Of a stretch of 64,000 bases of DNA, positions 1 to 9,656 are shown in pieces; position 1 is the first letter of the stretch, and every line of letters starts with the position of its first letter. The notes under the pieces are model-generated. The model saw only the letters and a program-made list of their open reading frames with translations, searched no databases and was not told the origin of the DNA. A program made the translations under genes and the position numbers. The DNA is taken from NCBI GenBank assembly GCA_963665235.2, contig CAXXLX010000002.1:736001-800000 (forward strand). The letters run 5' to 3'. This DNA comes from Candidatus Poribacteria bacterium (GTDB taxonomy: Bacteria; Poribacteria; WGA-4E; WGA-3G).

Positions 1-1
1 T

Positions 2-220
2 GTTGTTGACCCACGGACTACCGAAGTGGAATCCGTTGACTTCGTATTAGACAAGGTGCACGCGCTTTTAAAGCATCGCACTCCTGAACAGATATATCTC
101 AATCCGGATTGTGGTTTCGGGACATTCGCTGACCGGCCCGTAAACACGACAGAAATCGCCACCCAAAAACTACAGGTCATCCATGATGCTGCCGAAATAT
201 TACGTGCAGAGGTGCAATAG
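2..220 (+). CDS. Cobalamin-independent methionine synthase II family protein, C-terminal part (5' truncated by the window)
   Basis: Frame is open from nt 2: VVDPRTTEVES...IYLNPDCGFGTF. The PDCG motif is typical of the MetE-like C-terminus. Confidence 0.75.
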   Translation, partial: VVDPRTTEVESVDFVLDKVHALLKHRTPEQIYLNPDCGFGTFADRPVNTTEIATQKLQVIHDAAEILRAEVQ

Positions 221-330
221 ATAGCACACGGTTTGAAGGCATCAATATTTTAACACCCCTTGCTTTTTTTTCGGTATTTATGCTATAATTTCTTCAGTCT
301 GAATTTTATAGAGCAAAGGAGGGGGTTAAA

Positions 331-1413
331 TTGATAAATTTATATGGAGCAGCTTATGATAGAATACAACTGCTTCGCCACTTAGGAGACATCTCACAGG
401 TTGCCGAAGCCAAAGTGTATCAGCTGAACGATGGAAATGAAAAAGGCACAGACGCTGTCGGTTTTCGTACCGGGTCCGGTTTAAACTTCACCGTGCTGCC
501 GAACCGTGGATTAGATATTTCCCAGGCAGATTACAACGGGATACCTTTGTGCTGGCGTTCCAGTACCGGTGATGTCGCAGCAGCACATTATGAACCTGAT
601 GGGCTCGGTTGGTTACGTGGATTCTATGGCGGATTGCTTACTACGTGCGGCATGACACAAGCGGGCGCACCGAACGTCGATGGAGAAGAGGCACTCGGGT
701 TGCACGGTAGAGTCTCTCACATCCCCGCAAAAAACGTATGGGTCGACAGCCGATGGGAGGGCGACCGATACATCTTATGGGCACAAGGAAAAGTCACAGA
801 AACGGCTGCCTTAGGCGAACATCTCTGTCGAACCCGCCGCATCTGGACAGAATTGGGGTCACACACCCTGCATATTGAGGACATCGTCGAAAACCTTGGC
901 TATCAGGATTGCCCACACATGTATCTCTTTCACATTAACGTCGGATTTCCGATCCTTGCCACGGGAAGCGAGCTCATCGCACCCTCTTCAAAGATAACCC
1001 CACGAGATGAACACGCTAACAACAACTTGACCAATTCTAACATCGGAGAACCCCCTACCGCAGATTTCCAAGAACAGGTCTACTATCACGAAATGCAACC
1101 TGACGTAGACAATCATATCCGCGTCGCACTCGTCAATCGCGGTTTTAACAACGGCAACGGCATCGGTGTTTCAGTGCGATACCATAAAACACAATTCCCT
1201 CACTTCGTCCAATGGAAAATGTGCGGAGAAGGGGCGTACGTCATGGGCTTAGAGCCATCAAACTGTCGAGTTGCGGGCAGAGCCATGGAACGCCAAAACG
1301 GTACCCTACAATACATTGAACCCGGCGGCCGCCGACACTACGAAGTCGAAATCGGTGTGCTGACCTCTAATGCTGAAATTGATGCACTTGAAGCAAAAAT
1401 CGCAGCAACCTAA
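331..1413 (+). CDS. Aldose 1-epimerase-like (DUF4432) protein
   Basis: Motifs RGLDI, GGLLTTCG, LHGR, HINVG and MGLEP. AAGGAG RBS precedes the TTG start. Confidence 0.75.
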   Translation: MINLYGAAYDRIQLLRHLGDISQVAEAKVYQLNDGNEKGTDAVGFRTGSGLNFTVLPNRGLDISQADYNGIPLCWRSSTGDVAAAHYEPDGLGWLRGFYGGLLTTCGMTQAGAPNVDGEEALGLHGRVSHIPAKNVWVDSRWEGDRYILWAQGKVTETAALGEHLCRTRRIWTELGSHTLHIEDIVENLGYQDCPHMYLFHINVGFPILATGSELIAPSSKITPRDEHANNNLTNSNIGEPPTADFQEQVYYHEMQPDVDNHIRVALVNRGFNNGNGIGVSVRYHKTQFPHFVQWKMCGEGAYVMGLEPSNCRVAGRAMERQNGTLQYIEPGGRRHYEVEIGVLTSNAEIDALEAKIAAT

Positions 1414-1442
1414 AACTTACACTTAAAAAGGAGAAATCAGTT

Positions 1443-3380
1443 ATGATTAAACGTTTGCCTTTACCCATACTTCTGTTGGCACTTCTGACAACGCTTCTGT
1501 TTGCTAACCCGCATGTCGCTCAAGCCCTACCAGAAGCATCCTCTAGTGCCGCTGAGTCTGCATCAGCAGATAAACCCGCACCAAAACTTAACAACATCGC
1601 AGCGATAATTCCAGACGACAGCGTACTCAAGCTTATTCCAGAAAAAGCCCTCGGACTCATTTACTGCACCAGTCTGTTTGAATTGGATAATAAGATTAAC
1701 ATGCTGGCATTAGAACTCATGCCGCAGGCAGGAGCTCCGCCAGATATCCTCGCAGAAATTTTGGCTGACGCTTTCGGGGCAGGCTTCGAGAGCTTATCCG
1801 AACTTGAAGAAATCGGACTCGATCTCAAAAAAGATTTCGCTATCTTTTTCAACAGTCTTGACCCGATGAGTCTCTCCGCAACCGTACACCTGACCGACCC
1901 TGAAATGATGCTACAGGTCATTGAAGCGGAAGCGGAAGGAAGTACGCCCACCGAATACAACGGCGTAACCTACTGGAGCACCGAGGAAGGCAGCGGCAAC
2001 TTCGCTATCCTAGAGAATACGCTTATCTACTCACAAGAGGCTGAAGTTTGTGAAAATATTATCGATATCCGAAGCGGGACAAAGCACGGTATCATACACA
2101 ACCCTGATTACAGCACATTTCTTACCGATATTGTCGAAGGCACAAACCAATTGGCCGCCTACTTTGACCTACAATCCATCATCGCTCCCTTCAGCGAAAC
2201 TATGCAGCAAGAATTGGAATCAACCCTCGATGCTATGGAAAGCGACCCCACTTCTATGGAAGCCGTACCCGTCGCCAAAAGTGTGTTTGACATGGTAGTC
2301 CAACTCGTTGAGGAATTAAAATCTATCAGTGCAACACTCCAAGTAGATGGCACCGATGTGCAATTGGCACCACACCTGAAATTTAGTAGTGATGGTAAAA
2401 TTCAAGAGGCACTAAAACAGATGCCCAACGCTGAATTGAGCCTCCTCAATCAATTACCCAATAAAGCCTTTTTGAACGGTAGCTTCCAAGGTAATCCAGA
2501 ATTGCTGTTTGATTGGAGCATGAAATGGCTTAAAGGTTTTACAATGGATGAATCAGGCGTTACCGTCTCAGTAGATGACGCAGATGATGAGCAGAATGTA
2601 GATTGGGAAGCACTCAAAGAGGAAATGAGAGAGGTCTATGATGCCTTAGAAGACGAATGGAGCATCACCGCTAATATTAACGATAGCATCATTCCCGATT
2701 ATTTGGTCATATACGGCTTGAAAGATGAACAGAAAGTCAAAACCTACTATGACGAGAAATTTTTGCATAATACGCACAAAATGATGCAGATGATCAAAAA
2801 TAGCGCAGGCGACCTTCCACAGTTTAGTATGTACGACGGGGCTTATGTCGGCGAGCCAATACTGCATAACGAGGTTGAGATTAAGACGTTCGTCTTTCCC
2901 AATTTCGGCACAGTTTTCCCAGAGATGCCCCCTGAAATCGATGGTATTTTTCCGCAGGAATGGCATTGGTCTTATGCTATCTCAGATGGCCAGCTCTTCT
3001 TCGCGGTAGGCGGCCCAAAACTAATTAAGGCCGCATTGGATGTCAAAGCAGAAACGGGAGAAAGCCTCGCTAACAACATGAGTTATCAGAAACTCGTTGA
3101 GAAGCTAGGAACAGATAACAATCTCCTTTTTGGAATATCGCCATTGACAATGGTAAACAGTGCTGTGGAAATTATTATAGCCAATACCGATCCGAATACC
3201 GCCGCACAAATGCAAATGCTCTCCGGTATGCTAATGGCAATTCCTGAAAAGTACAGCTTCGGTTTTTCTGCCAAAGTTCAGGAGGGCGGAATCGGCGCAA
3301 AACTACTCATCACCCTCGGTGACTTCAAACAGCTGATCGAAACGGTAATGATGTTCTCACAAATGGAACAGATGCAATAA
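1443..3380 (+). CDS. Secreted acidic hypothetical protein
   Basis: 645-aa ORF with an N-terminal signal peptide, an AAGGAG RBS and a downstream terminator. Confidence 0.7.
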   Translation: MIKRLPLPILLLALLTTLLFANPHVAQALPEASSSAAESASADKPAPKLNNIAAIIPDDSVLKLIPEKALGLIYCTSLFELDNKINMLALELMPQAGAPPDILAEILADAFGAGFESLSELEEIGLDLKKDFAIFFNSLDPMSLSATVHLTDPEMMLQVIEAEAEGSTPTEYNGVTYWSTEEGSGNFAILENTLIYSQEAEVCENIIDIRSGTKHGIIHNPDYSTFLTDIVEGTNQLAAYFDLQSIIAPFSETMQQELESTLDAMESDPTSMEAVPVAKSVFDMVVQLVEELKSISATLQVDGTDVQLAPHLKFSSDGKIQEALKQMPNAELSLLNQLPNKAFLNGSFQGNPELLFDWSMKWLKGFTMDESGVTVSVDDADDEQNVDWEALKEEMREVYDALEDEWSITANINDSIIPDYLVIYGLKDEQKVKTYYDEKFLHNTHKMMQMIKNSAGDLPQFSMYDGAYVGEPILHNEVEIKTFVFPNFGTVFPEMPPEIDGIFPQEWHWSYAISDGQLFFAVGGPKLIKAALDVKAETGESLANNMSYQKLVEKLGTDNNLLFGISPLTMVNSAVEIIIANTDPNTAAQMQMLSGMLMAIPEKYSFGFSAKVQEGGIGAKLLITLGDFKQLIETVMMFSQMEQMQ

Positions 3381-3391
3381 ATCCCAACCAG

Positions 3392-3427
3392 ACTCGCTCA
3401 CAATCACCCTTGTGGGCGAGTTTTTTA
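3392..3427 (+). terminator. Rho-independent terminator
   Basis: ACTCGCTCACA-loop-TGTGGGCGAGT stem followed by a T-run. Confidence 0.75.
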
Positions 3428-3478
3428 TCACCGTTCGTAGTAGGGAAACCATTCATTGCCCGTCGATTAACGAAATAT

Positions 3479-4549
3479 TTATCGTACCCGCGCATCCTTT
3501 ATCTCTCCCCACTGCGTAGGCATCTTCTTTTGCGGAGCCACAGGTAACGCACCCCCTATCCAATCCGGCTCCACCTCATGACTCGAATGACGTGTTAACC
3601 GCCTAAGCTGTCCTTCATCAATGTCATATCGATAGATGTCATGATTTTCCTTTTCCAGCCCACCCAGTCCGCCTGCTGAAAAAAGAATAGCGCGTCCATT
3701 ATCCATCCAACATTTCCCTGAAACAACCCATTCGCCACCAATTTTCGTCTTAATATCAATCTCCGTTTTTCCGCCACCTCTTCGATGCAGAATCACAAAA
3801 CGTTCGACCGGAGTTACTAACGGTCCCTTTGATTCATGGTACAGAATTCGCCGTCCATCCGGCGACCAGCGCGGTGTGTGTCTGAAAACAGGTCCAGCTT
3901 CTACAGCAACATCAGGAAGCAACAGCTGTAGGTTCGTTCCATCTGCAGACATCACCCAAATGTTTTTCACTGCAATTCCAGCTCCACCAAATATGGCCCT
4001 AAAAATGGCAGCAAGGTCCGATATGGGCCTCTCATAGATAATCTCTTTTCCATCCGGCGACCAATCCGGAGCGGTAGAGAAGTGAGACCTTTCAATGCCT
4101 GTCAACTGTTTGCTGATCCGGCTCCCCAAATCCATCACATAAATCTCTGTATTGGTAGGATGAATCCAGTGCATCTTATCACGGTTCGACTGATAGGCAA
4201 GGCGCGTTCCATCGGGGGACCAGGTGGGAAACCCGCTGCTTCCGCCATTGTCTGTGAGTCGCCGTAGGTTGGTACCGTCTGCGTTTATGAGGAATAACTC
4301 ATACTTTTCTGTATCTTCAGACAGACTTCTATGAAAAGCGATCCGTTTTCCATCCGGCGACCAGCGCGGACTCCCATCTTTCCACCGTGTATCCGTTATT
4401 CTGCGTTTGCTTCCCCCGTTATCGTTCATGACGTAAATATTCCCATCTGAAACATAGACGATTTTCGCGTCAGCGATGTTTTGAACCGATAACAGAAGGA
4501 TTAAACATATTAGCAACTGTGAGATAAAGAGCAGCTTTGGATATTTCAT
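3479..4549 (-). CDS. TolB-like PD40 beta-propeller secreted protein with C-terminal WGxIK tail
   Basis: Signal peptide, repeated PxWSPDG motifs, and the ending PVAPQKKMPTQWGEIKDARVR. Confidence 0.8.
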   Translation of the reverse strand: MKYPKLLFISQLLICLILLLSVQNIADAKIVYVSDGNIYVMNDNGGSKRRITDTRWKDGSPRWSPDGKRIAFHRSLSEDTEKYELFLINADGTNLRRLTDNGGSSGFPTWSPDGTRLAYQSNRDKMHWIHPTNTEIYVMDLGSRISKQLTGIERSHFSTAPDWSPDGKEIIYERPISDLAAIFRAIFGGAGIAVKNIWVMSADGTNLQLLLPDVAVEAGPVFRHTPRWSPDGRRILYHESKGPLVTPVERFVILHRRGGGKTEIDIKTKIGGEWVVSGKCWMDNGRAILFSAGGLGGLEKENHDIYRYDIDEGQLRRLTRHSSHEVEPDWIGGALPVAPQKKMPTQWGEIKDARVR

Positions 4550-4625
4550 CGTTTGCCTCCTTTCCGATTTTGTATAAAAAATGAAAATGTGCTATAATGG
4601 TTTCCTACACTTTAGGAGGAACACC

Positions 4626-5666
4626 TTGATTAACGAAGCGCGCCTCAAAACAATTCTGACCCAATTTCGCGACCTACGTCTTCTCGTCATCGGGGATTTT
4701 TATCTGGATGCTTACTGGTATATAGACAAAACGCGTGCTACACTCTCATTGGAAACACCGTGGCATACCAATCCCGTCGTTGAACAACGTTATAGCCCCG
4801 GCGCAGCAGGAACTGTTACAAACAACCTGAACGCATTAGGAGTAGGCACAGTCTATACGTTAGGCGTTATCGGCGAAGATGGATTTGGCGAGACACTCCT
4901 AAATCACCTACAAACGAACGGCTGCCGCACAGACTTTATGATACAAGCACCGAATTGGGTTACGCCCACCTATCTCAAACCGATTCACCGGGGCTATGAA
5001 GACATAGAAACGGAGGGACCCCGGTTCGATATTGAAAACCAAACACCGATGACAGCCACGGTTGAAACCGCTGTCATAGACGCGCTTCAAACGTGTATGT
5101 CCCTCGTTGATGGCATAATTATCGCCGATCAGGTGTCTCATGAGAATTTAGGAGTTATTACCAACCGTGTGCGAAAAACCCTGTGTGAGCTTGCATCAGC
5201 GTCCCCTGAAAAGATTTTTTTCGCCGATTCCCGCACCCGCATCGGCACTTACCGAAACGTAATCATTAAACCGAACCGGTTTGAAGCCAAACGTGCAATT
5301 GCCCCAGATTGGAACGGAAACACCGTCGACAACGAAGAGGCAAAAGAGTGTGCACTTGCACTCGCGCAACGAACGCAAAAGACAGTATATGTCACACTTG
5401 GCGAAGACGGTATCCTTGTCTGCCATAACGATAACCTTACGCATATCCCCGGCATTCCGATAGATGGCAAAATCGACCCAGTGGGTGCGGGGGACAGTGT
5501 TTCGGCAGGCCTCGTCCCGACGCTTTGTACCCTCGGCTTGGATGCAGCTGTCGAAGCAGCATATATCGGAAACCTTGCCGCCTCAATTACCGTGACAAAA
5601 ATTGGCACAACCGGCACTGCCTCCCCCGAGGAAGTCCTTAAACAATACCGGAGCCTAGATAGATGA
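4626..5666 (+). CDS. PfkB/RfaE (HldE kinase domain)-like sugar kinase
   Basis: Motifs VIGDFYLD, PGAAG, KPNRFE and DPVGAGD. Likely TTG start at 4626 after AGGAGG. Confidence 0.8.
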   Translation: MINEARLKTILTQFRDLRLLVIGDFYLDAYWYIDKTRATLSLETPWHTNPVVEQRYSPGAAGTVTNNLNALGVGTVYTLGVIGEDGFGETLLNHLQTNGCRTDFMIQAPNWVTPTYLKPIHRGYEDIETEGPRFDIENQTPMTATVETAVIDALQTCMSLVDGIIIADQVSHENLGVITNRVRKTLCELASASPEKIFFADSRTRIGTYRNVIIKPNRFEAKRAIAPDWNGNTVDNEEAKECALALAQRTQKTVYVTLGEDGILVCHNDNLTHIPGIPIDGKIDPVGAGDSVSAGLVPTLCTLGLDAAVEAAYIGNLAASITVTKIGTTGTASPEEVLKQYRSLDR

Positions 5667-6433
5667 ACGTTTTTGACGCTATTAAACACCGCCGGAGCTA
5701 TCGTGATGAATTTCAGAACCGACCGCTCGAGGCGGATGACCTCAATCAGTTAATAGAAGCAGCGCGTTGGGCACCTTCTCCCTTTAACGTTCAACCCTGG
5801 GAGCTGCTCATCATTCAGGAGCCTGATGGGAAAGCAGCCCTCGCCGAGGTAACAGAAACCGCCATCGTAGAACAGTTCAAAGATGCAAAATTTCTAGACG
5901 ACAACAGCCGTTGGATGCGTTTGACCGAAGCGGAATGGGAAACACAAGGCGATGGTGTCCTGCTCACGGACCATGTTACACTGCCGAAACCGCTTCAAAA
6001 CGACCCCGAAAAACTGAAACCGCTGTTGAAAAATGCCAAATCCTTGTCGTTTTTGGGACACTTGGGAGGCGGAAAACTGCCGGCGAAAGAGATTGCTGAA
6101 CAGGTCCGCAACGCCTCACTGCTCATGTTAGTGACAATGAATTGCAAAAGGTATCCACCGGGTGAGGGAGCTACACGTTGGATGTGGTTAAGTATGGGCA
6201 TGTCAATTCAGAACATGCTTCTTACAGCGACAGCACTCGGCATCGGTGTGCAATTTGTCAGCGCACCTTTGGAAAGCGAATCGAACCGTGACAAGCTCCG
6301 CAACCTTTTCAATATACCCGCCTCTCACGAAGTTATCACGTTACTCAGAATTGGCTACATTGATTTAGAAGCGAATAAACGTTCTGTCAGAGTACCCCCC
6401 TCCGATTTCGTGCATTTTGAAAAGGTTGAGTAG
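5663..6433 (+). CDS. Nitroreductase family protein
   Basis: Motifs RRSYR, APSPFNVQPW and QNMLLTATALGIG. ATGA overlap with the upstream gene. Confidence 0.85.
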   Translation: MNVFDAIKHRRSYRDEFQNRPLEADDLNQLIEAARWAPSPFNVQPWELLIIQEPDGKAALAEVTETAIVEQFKDAKFLDDNSRWMRLTEAEWETQGDGVLLTDHVTLPKPLQNDPEKLKPLLKNAKSLSFLGHLGGGKLPAKEIAEQVRNASLLMLVTMNCKRYPPGEGATRWMWLSMGMSIQNMLLTATALGIGVQFVSAPLESESNRDKLRNLFNIPASHEVITLLRIGYIDLEANKRSVRVPPSDFVHFEKVE

Positions 6434-6480
6434 AAGGTAGGGCAGGGACGGTGCCCCACCCCCATAAGAAAAAAAGAACA

Positions 6481-6606
6481 TTACTCCTGGGCTTGGCGAT
6501 TTTCCAATAACTCTTTAAGCACTGCCTTTTTCTTCTTCAATCGGCGTTTTTGACGTTGGCGAATCTGTGTCCGCCTTCTAGTCTGTCCACTTTTACTCCG
6601 TGGCAT
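6481..6606 (-). CDS. Unannotated 41-aa highly basic small protein (MPRSKSGQTRRRTQIRQRQKRRLKKKKAVLKELLENRQAQE)
   Basis: ATG at 6606 is preceded by AAGGAGGAG and overlaps the end of the upstream gene. TAA at 6481-6483. Confidence 0.65.
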   Translation of the reverse strand: MPRSKSGQTRRRTQIRQRQKRRLKKKKAVLKELLENRQAQE

Positions 6607-7771
6607 CAATTTCTCCTCCTTCTTCAATAGTTTTAGCGAGATACATTAAAGCAGATTGGCAATGCGTCTCAAGTTCCACCATTGCCGCTGTTAATTCGGA
6701 TTCAGAATATGCATGAAGCTGCAACCGGTTCTCGGTTACCGTGATATAACACGCTTGAGGCACATTGAAAAAATCGAGTTGTGTTGCAGTCTCTTTTTGG
6801 AGTGTGTTTCCCTCCCACACCTCAAACACGTCCCGGATTGCTAAACCCTCAAAATTTTTATAGAGTGCTTTCGCTGGCAGCGAATCGGGTGACGGTATTG
6901 GTAGGGCTATACCTAGCTGCGGTGTTTCTTGGGAATTTATCAAGGCATCAGCAGCAAGCTCGGGCGGTGTCGGGGTTACGTCTGTCTGTGCAAGCTCCCC
7001 TTCGAAAACAGCGGGCATTTCTTGGACAATATCAACATTTGACAATAGATTTGCTACCGCTTCCTCTTCACACACATCCTCATATTCGGCACTCCCCATT
7101 TCCAGAACTTCCGAAAGGACAACCTTGAAGTTAGGATGCTCCGCATAAATAGGCGTCGGACGCTCCACCACTTGCTGTAGTGTTTGGATACCGATGCTCT
7201 GAATCAACGGGTGTTCTGCAAAATATTCCGAGGGTACCACTTCAAAGAAAGCCTGTGCAACGTTTGCTACATCCGCACGGTTCCGATGTCCTATACGTCT
7301 GAGGCGGTTTTCACATGCAGTCAATGCCCGGGATAAGTTACGCAAAAACTCAGGTGTAATTAAATGCGGTAAAACATCCGTTTGAAACCGTATACATGCC
7401 ACCTCCGCAAGGTTTGGTGGTAGGTCCCAAAGGTTTGATGGCGTATCCCAATCGCTTGCTTCAACATCCGGCTCCTCCACCACAACGTCTGAGGGCGTTT
7501 CAGGTTCGAAACCCTGCTCACTGTCTCTGAGCAAATTCACGACGTGTGTGTGCATTAAGTCGAAGTCAAAATATAAACCTTCAAGTTCCGGTTCATCAAG
7601 CAATTCACGACTATTAAGAAGGGACGTTTGCAAATGTTCCCGGTCAAATTTTCCGTGCGGAATTCGCCGTTGCTTTTCTATTGCTAACTGTTTCTGTCTG
7701 GTTTTTCGGTTGCGATTGCGTTTTTCGCGTTTACGCGCAACATTCGCCGACCGGCGCTTTTTTTTCGCCAT
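6593..7771 (-). CDS. Hypothetical protein with Lys/Arg-rich N-terminus and acidic body
   Basis: Long ORF with probable start MAKKKRRSAN. No family recognised. Confidence 0.65.
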   Translation of the reverse strand: MAKKKRRSANVARKREKRNRNRKTRQKQLAIEKQRRIPHGKFDREHLQTSLLNSRELLDEPELEGLYFDFDLMHTHVVNLLRDSEQGFEPETPSDVVVEEPDVEASDWDTPSNLWDLPPNLAEVACIRFQTDVLPHLITPEFLRNLSRALTACENRLRRIGHRNRADVANVAQAFFEVVPSEYFAEHPLIQSIGIQTLQQVVERPTPIYAEHPNFKVVLSEVLEMGSAEYEDVCEEEAVANLLSNVDIVQEMPAVFEGELAQTDVTPTPPELAADALINSQETPQLGIALPIPSPDSLPAKALYKNFEGLAIRDVFEVWEGNTLQKETATQLDFFNVPQACYITVTENRLQLHAYSESELTAAMVELETHCQSALMYLAKTIEEGGEIDATE

Positions 7772-7912
7772 AATAATATTTTTAGTTGTAACCAAATTAT
7801 TTTTCTTCTCGTACGGGAAACCAATCCAATTGTAACATATTATTTAAGTATACATCAACACAATTTTATTGTCAACTTTAATTTCATGGTATAGGAAAAT
7901 TTCAAAACAAAT

Positions 7913-7942
7913 TTGACACCCCCCCCCTTTTTATGATATTAT
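7913..7942 (+). promoter_or_regulatory. Putative sigma70 promoter of tyrS
   Basis: TTGACA-18 nt-TATTAT with an extended TG. The spacer contains a C9 run. Confidence 0.5.
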
Positions 7943-7986
7943 TAAGGAATATTAGTTAGAATTTTTTGGGGTAAGGAAAAGCTGTC

Positions 7987-9228
7987 ATGTCAAACGTGTT
8001 TGAAATATTAAAGGAACGCGGTTTCGTACAGCAGTGTACGAACGAAGAAGTTGTCTCTCGTCTATTGTCGGAGAATCAACTGACCTATTACATCGGTTTC
8101 GATGCAACAGCGGAGAGTCTTCATGCAGGGAGCCTCGTCCCAATTATGGCGATGGCACATCTGCAACGCGCCGGACATACGCCAATTGCAATCATCGGAG
8201 GGGGAACAACGATGATTGGCGACCCAACAGACAAAACCGAAATGCGACCGATGATATCCGCTGACCAGATCGAAATAAACGGCGCAGGCATCCTTGAACA
8301 GCTAAAGCGTTACCTGCATTTTGATAACGACGCAGGAATGTTCCTGAACAATGCCGAATGGTTGCTTTCGCTAAACTATATTGAATTCCTACGTGATATC
8401 GGTAAACATTTTCGCGTTAATGAGATGCTCCGAGCCGAAGGCTATCGACAACGGCTTGAACGCGAACTCGGACTCTCATTCCTTGAATTTAATTACCAAC
8501 TGCTGCAAGCTTACGATTTCTTGTACCTTTTCCGGCAGTATGGATGTGTTCTCCAACTCGGCGGCGATGACCAATGGGGCAATATCCTTGCAGGGGTTGA
8601 CTTGGTACGCAGGATTGAAGGCGAACGGGCACACGCGCTAACCTTTCCACTCTTAACAACAGCTAGCGGCACGAAAATGGGAAAAACGGCTGAGGGCGCA
8701 GTCTGGCTCGACGCGAACCGAGTATCCCCATACCAATTTTATCAATATTGGATTAACACCGATGACAGGGATGTCAAGCGATTCTTAGCCTATTTTACCT
8801 TCTTACCGATGGATGAAGTACACCGACTCGGCAGTTTGGAACATGATGAAATACGGGAGGCAAAAGCAGTACTCGCTTACGAAACCACGAAACTTGCACA
8901 TGGAAAAATTGAGGCAGACAAAGCACAAGAAACCTCTCGCGCCGCATTCGGCGGGGGCGGCCCTGTACTCGATGCAATGCCTACCACGACTATCTCTATA
9001 GACCGACTTAACGCAGGTATTCCGGTAATAGAGTTATTCCATGAAGTCGGGTTAACTACCTCGCGAAGCGAAGCAAGACGGCTAATCCAGCAAGGCGGGG
9101 CCTATATCAATGAGGACCAGTGTAAGGCAATAGATTTTGTTGTTAACACCAATCTGCTGGAAGAAAACGGTTTGCGCCTCCGTGCTGGCAAAAAACGTTA
9201 TCATCGCGTTGTGCTTGAGGACGCTTAG
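7987..9228 (+). CDS. tyrS: Tyrosine--tRNA ligase
   Basis: YIGFDATAESLHAGS (HIGH-like), LQAYDF, QLGGDDQWGNI, KMGKT and a C-terminal S4 domain. Confidence 0.97.
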   Translation: MSNVFEILKERGFVQQCTNEEVVSRLLSENQLTYYIGFDATAESLHAGSLVPIMAMAHLQRAGHTPIAIIGGGTTMIGDPTDKTEMRPMISADQIEINGAGILEQLKRYLHFDNDAGMFLNNAEWLLSLNYIEFLRDIGKHFRVNEMLRAEGYRQRLERELGLSFLEFNYQLLQAYDFLYLFRQYGCVLQLGGDDQWGNILAGVDLVRRIEGERAHALTFPLLTTASGTKMGKTAEGAVWLDANRVSPYQFYQYWINTDDRDVKRFLAYFTFLPMDEVHRLGSLEHDEIREAKAVLAYETTKLAHGKIEADKAQETSRAAFGGGGPVLDAMPTTTISIDRLNAGIPVIELFHEVGLTTSRSEARRLIQQGGAYINEDQCKAIDFVVNTNLLEENGLRLRAGKKRYHRVVLEDA

Positions 9229-9284
9229 GACAATTTAGATGCAGACTACAAATTATATAAGTTTTGTGTAAAAAATAAAAAAAT

Positions 9285-9313
9285 TTGACTTGCATCATAA
9301 ATTGTGTTATAAT
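9285..9313 (+). promoter_or_regulatory. sigma70 promoter of the leader-aroF-leuA operon
   Basis: TTGACT-17 nt-TATAAT. Confidence 0.8.
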
Positions 9314-9376
9314 ATAATTTGTTTGTTTCTCTTAAACACTTTTTTACGTATAACGTCTTAATAGGAATTTTAAATA

Positions 9377-9511
9377 ATGCAAACGTGTGAACGGACTATC
9401 ATCACTACAGCACAGCGCACAGCGGCATTTTCACGGGCTGGCTATTTTTACCTTTGGGCACTTTTTACGCTCGGGTTATACCCGTACTTGTACTGCGGCC
9501 GCCGGTGGTGA
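9377..9511 (+). CDS. Attenuator leader peptide, 44 aa (MQTCERTIITTAQRTAAFSRAGYFYLWALFTLGLYPYLYCGRRW)
   Basis: AGGA precedes the ATG. 15 of the last 27 codons are Phe, Tyr, Trp or Leu. The ORF lies between the promoter and the terminator upstream of aroF-leuA. Confidence 0.8.
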   Translation: MQTCERTIITTAQRTAAFSRAGYFYLWALFTLGLYPYLYCGRRW

Positions 9512-9548
9512 TAGTGCGTAAGCGCATAAAATGATACTTTAACTAACA

Positions 9549-9593
9549 CCGCCCAAGGCCAAAATCAATTCGGCCTTGGGCGGGTATTTTTTT
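9549..9593 (+). terminator. Attenuator terminator hairpin
   Basis: CCGCCCAAGGCC/GGCCTTGGGCGG 12-bp stem plus T7. The 5' arm can alternatively pair with 9497-9515. Confidence 0.85.
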
Positions 9594-9656
9594 AACGGAC
9601 CCGTAGTATTGATTTGAATTTGAATCAGAATTATTTTTTGGAGGAAATAGAGAACC

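Noticed and set aside
7800-7986. T-box riboswitch upstream of tyrS
   Set aside because: The region is short and AT-rich, with no T-box motif or terminator.
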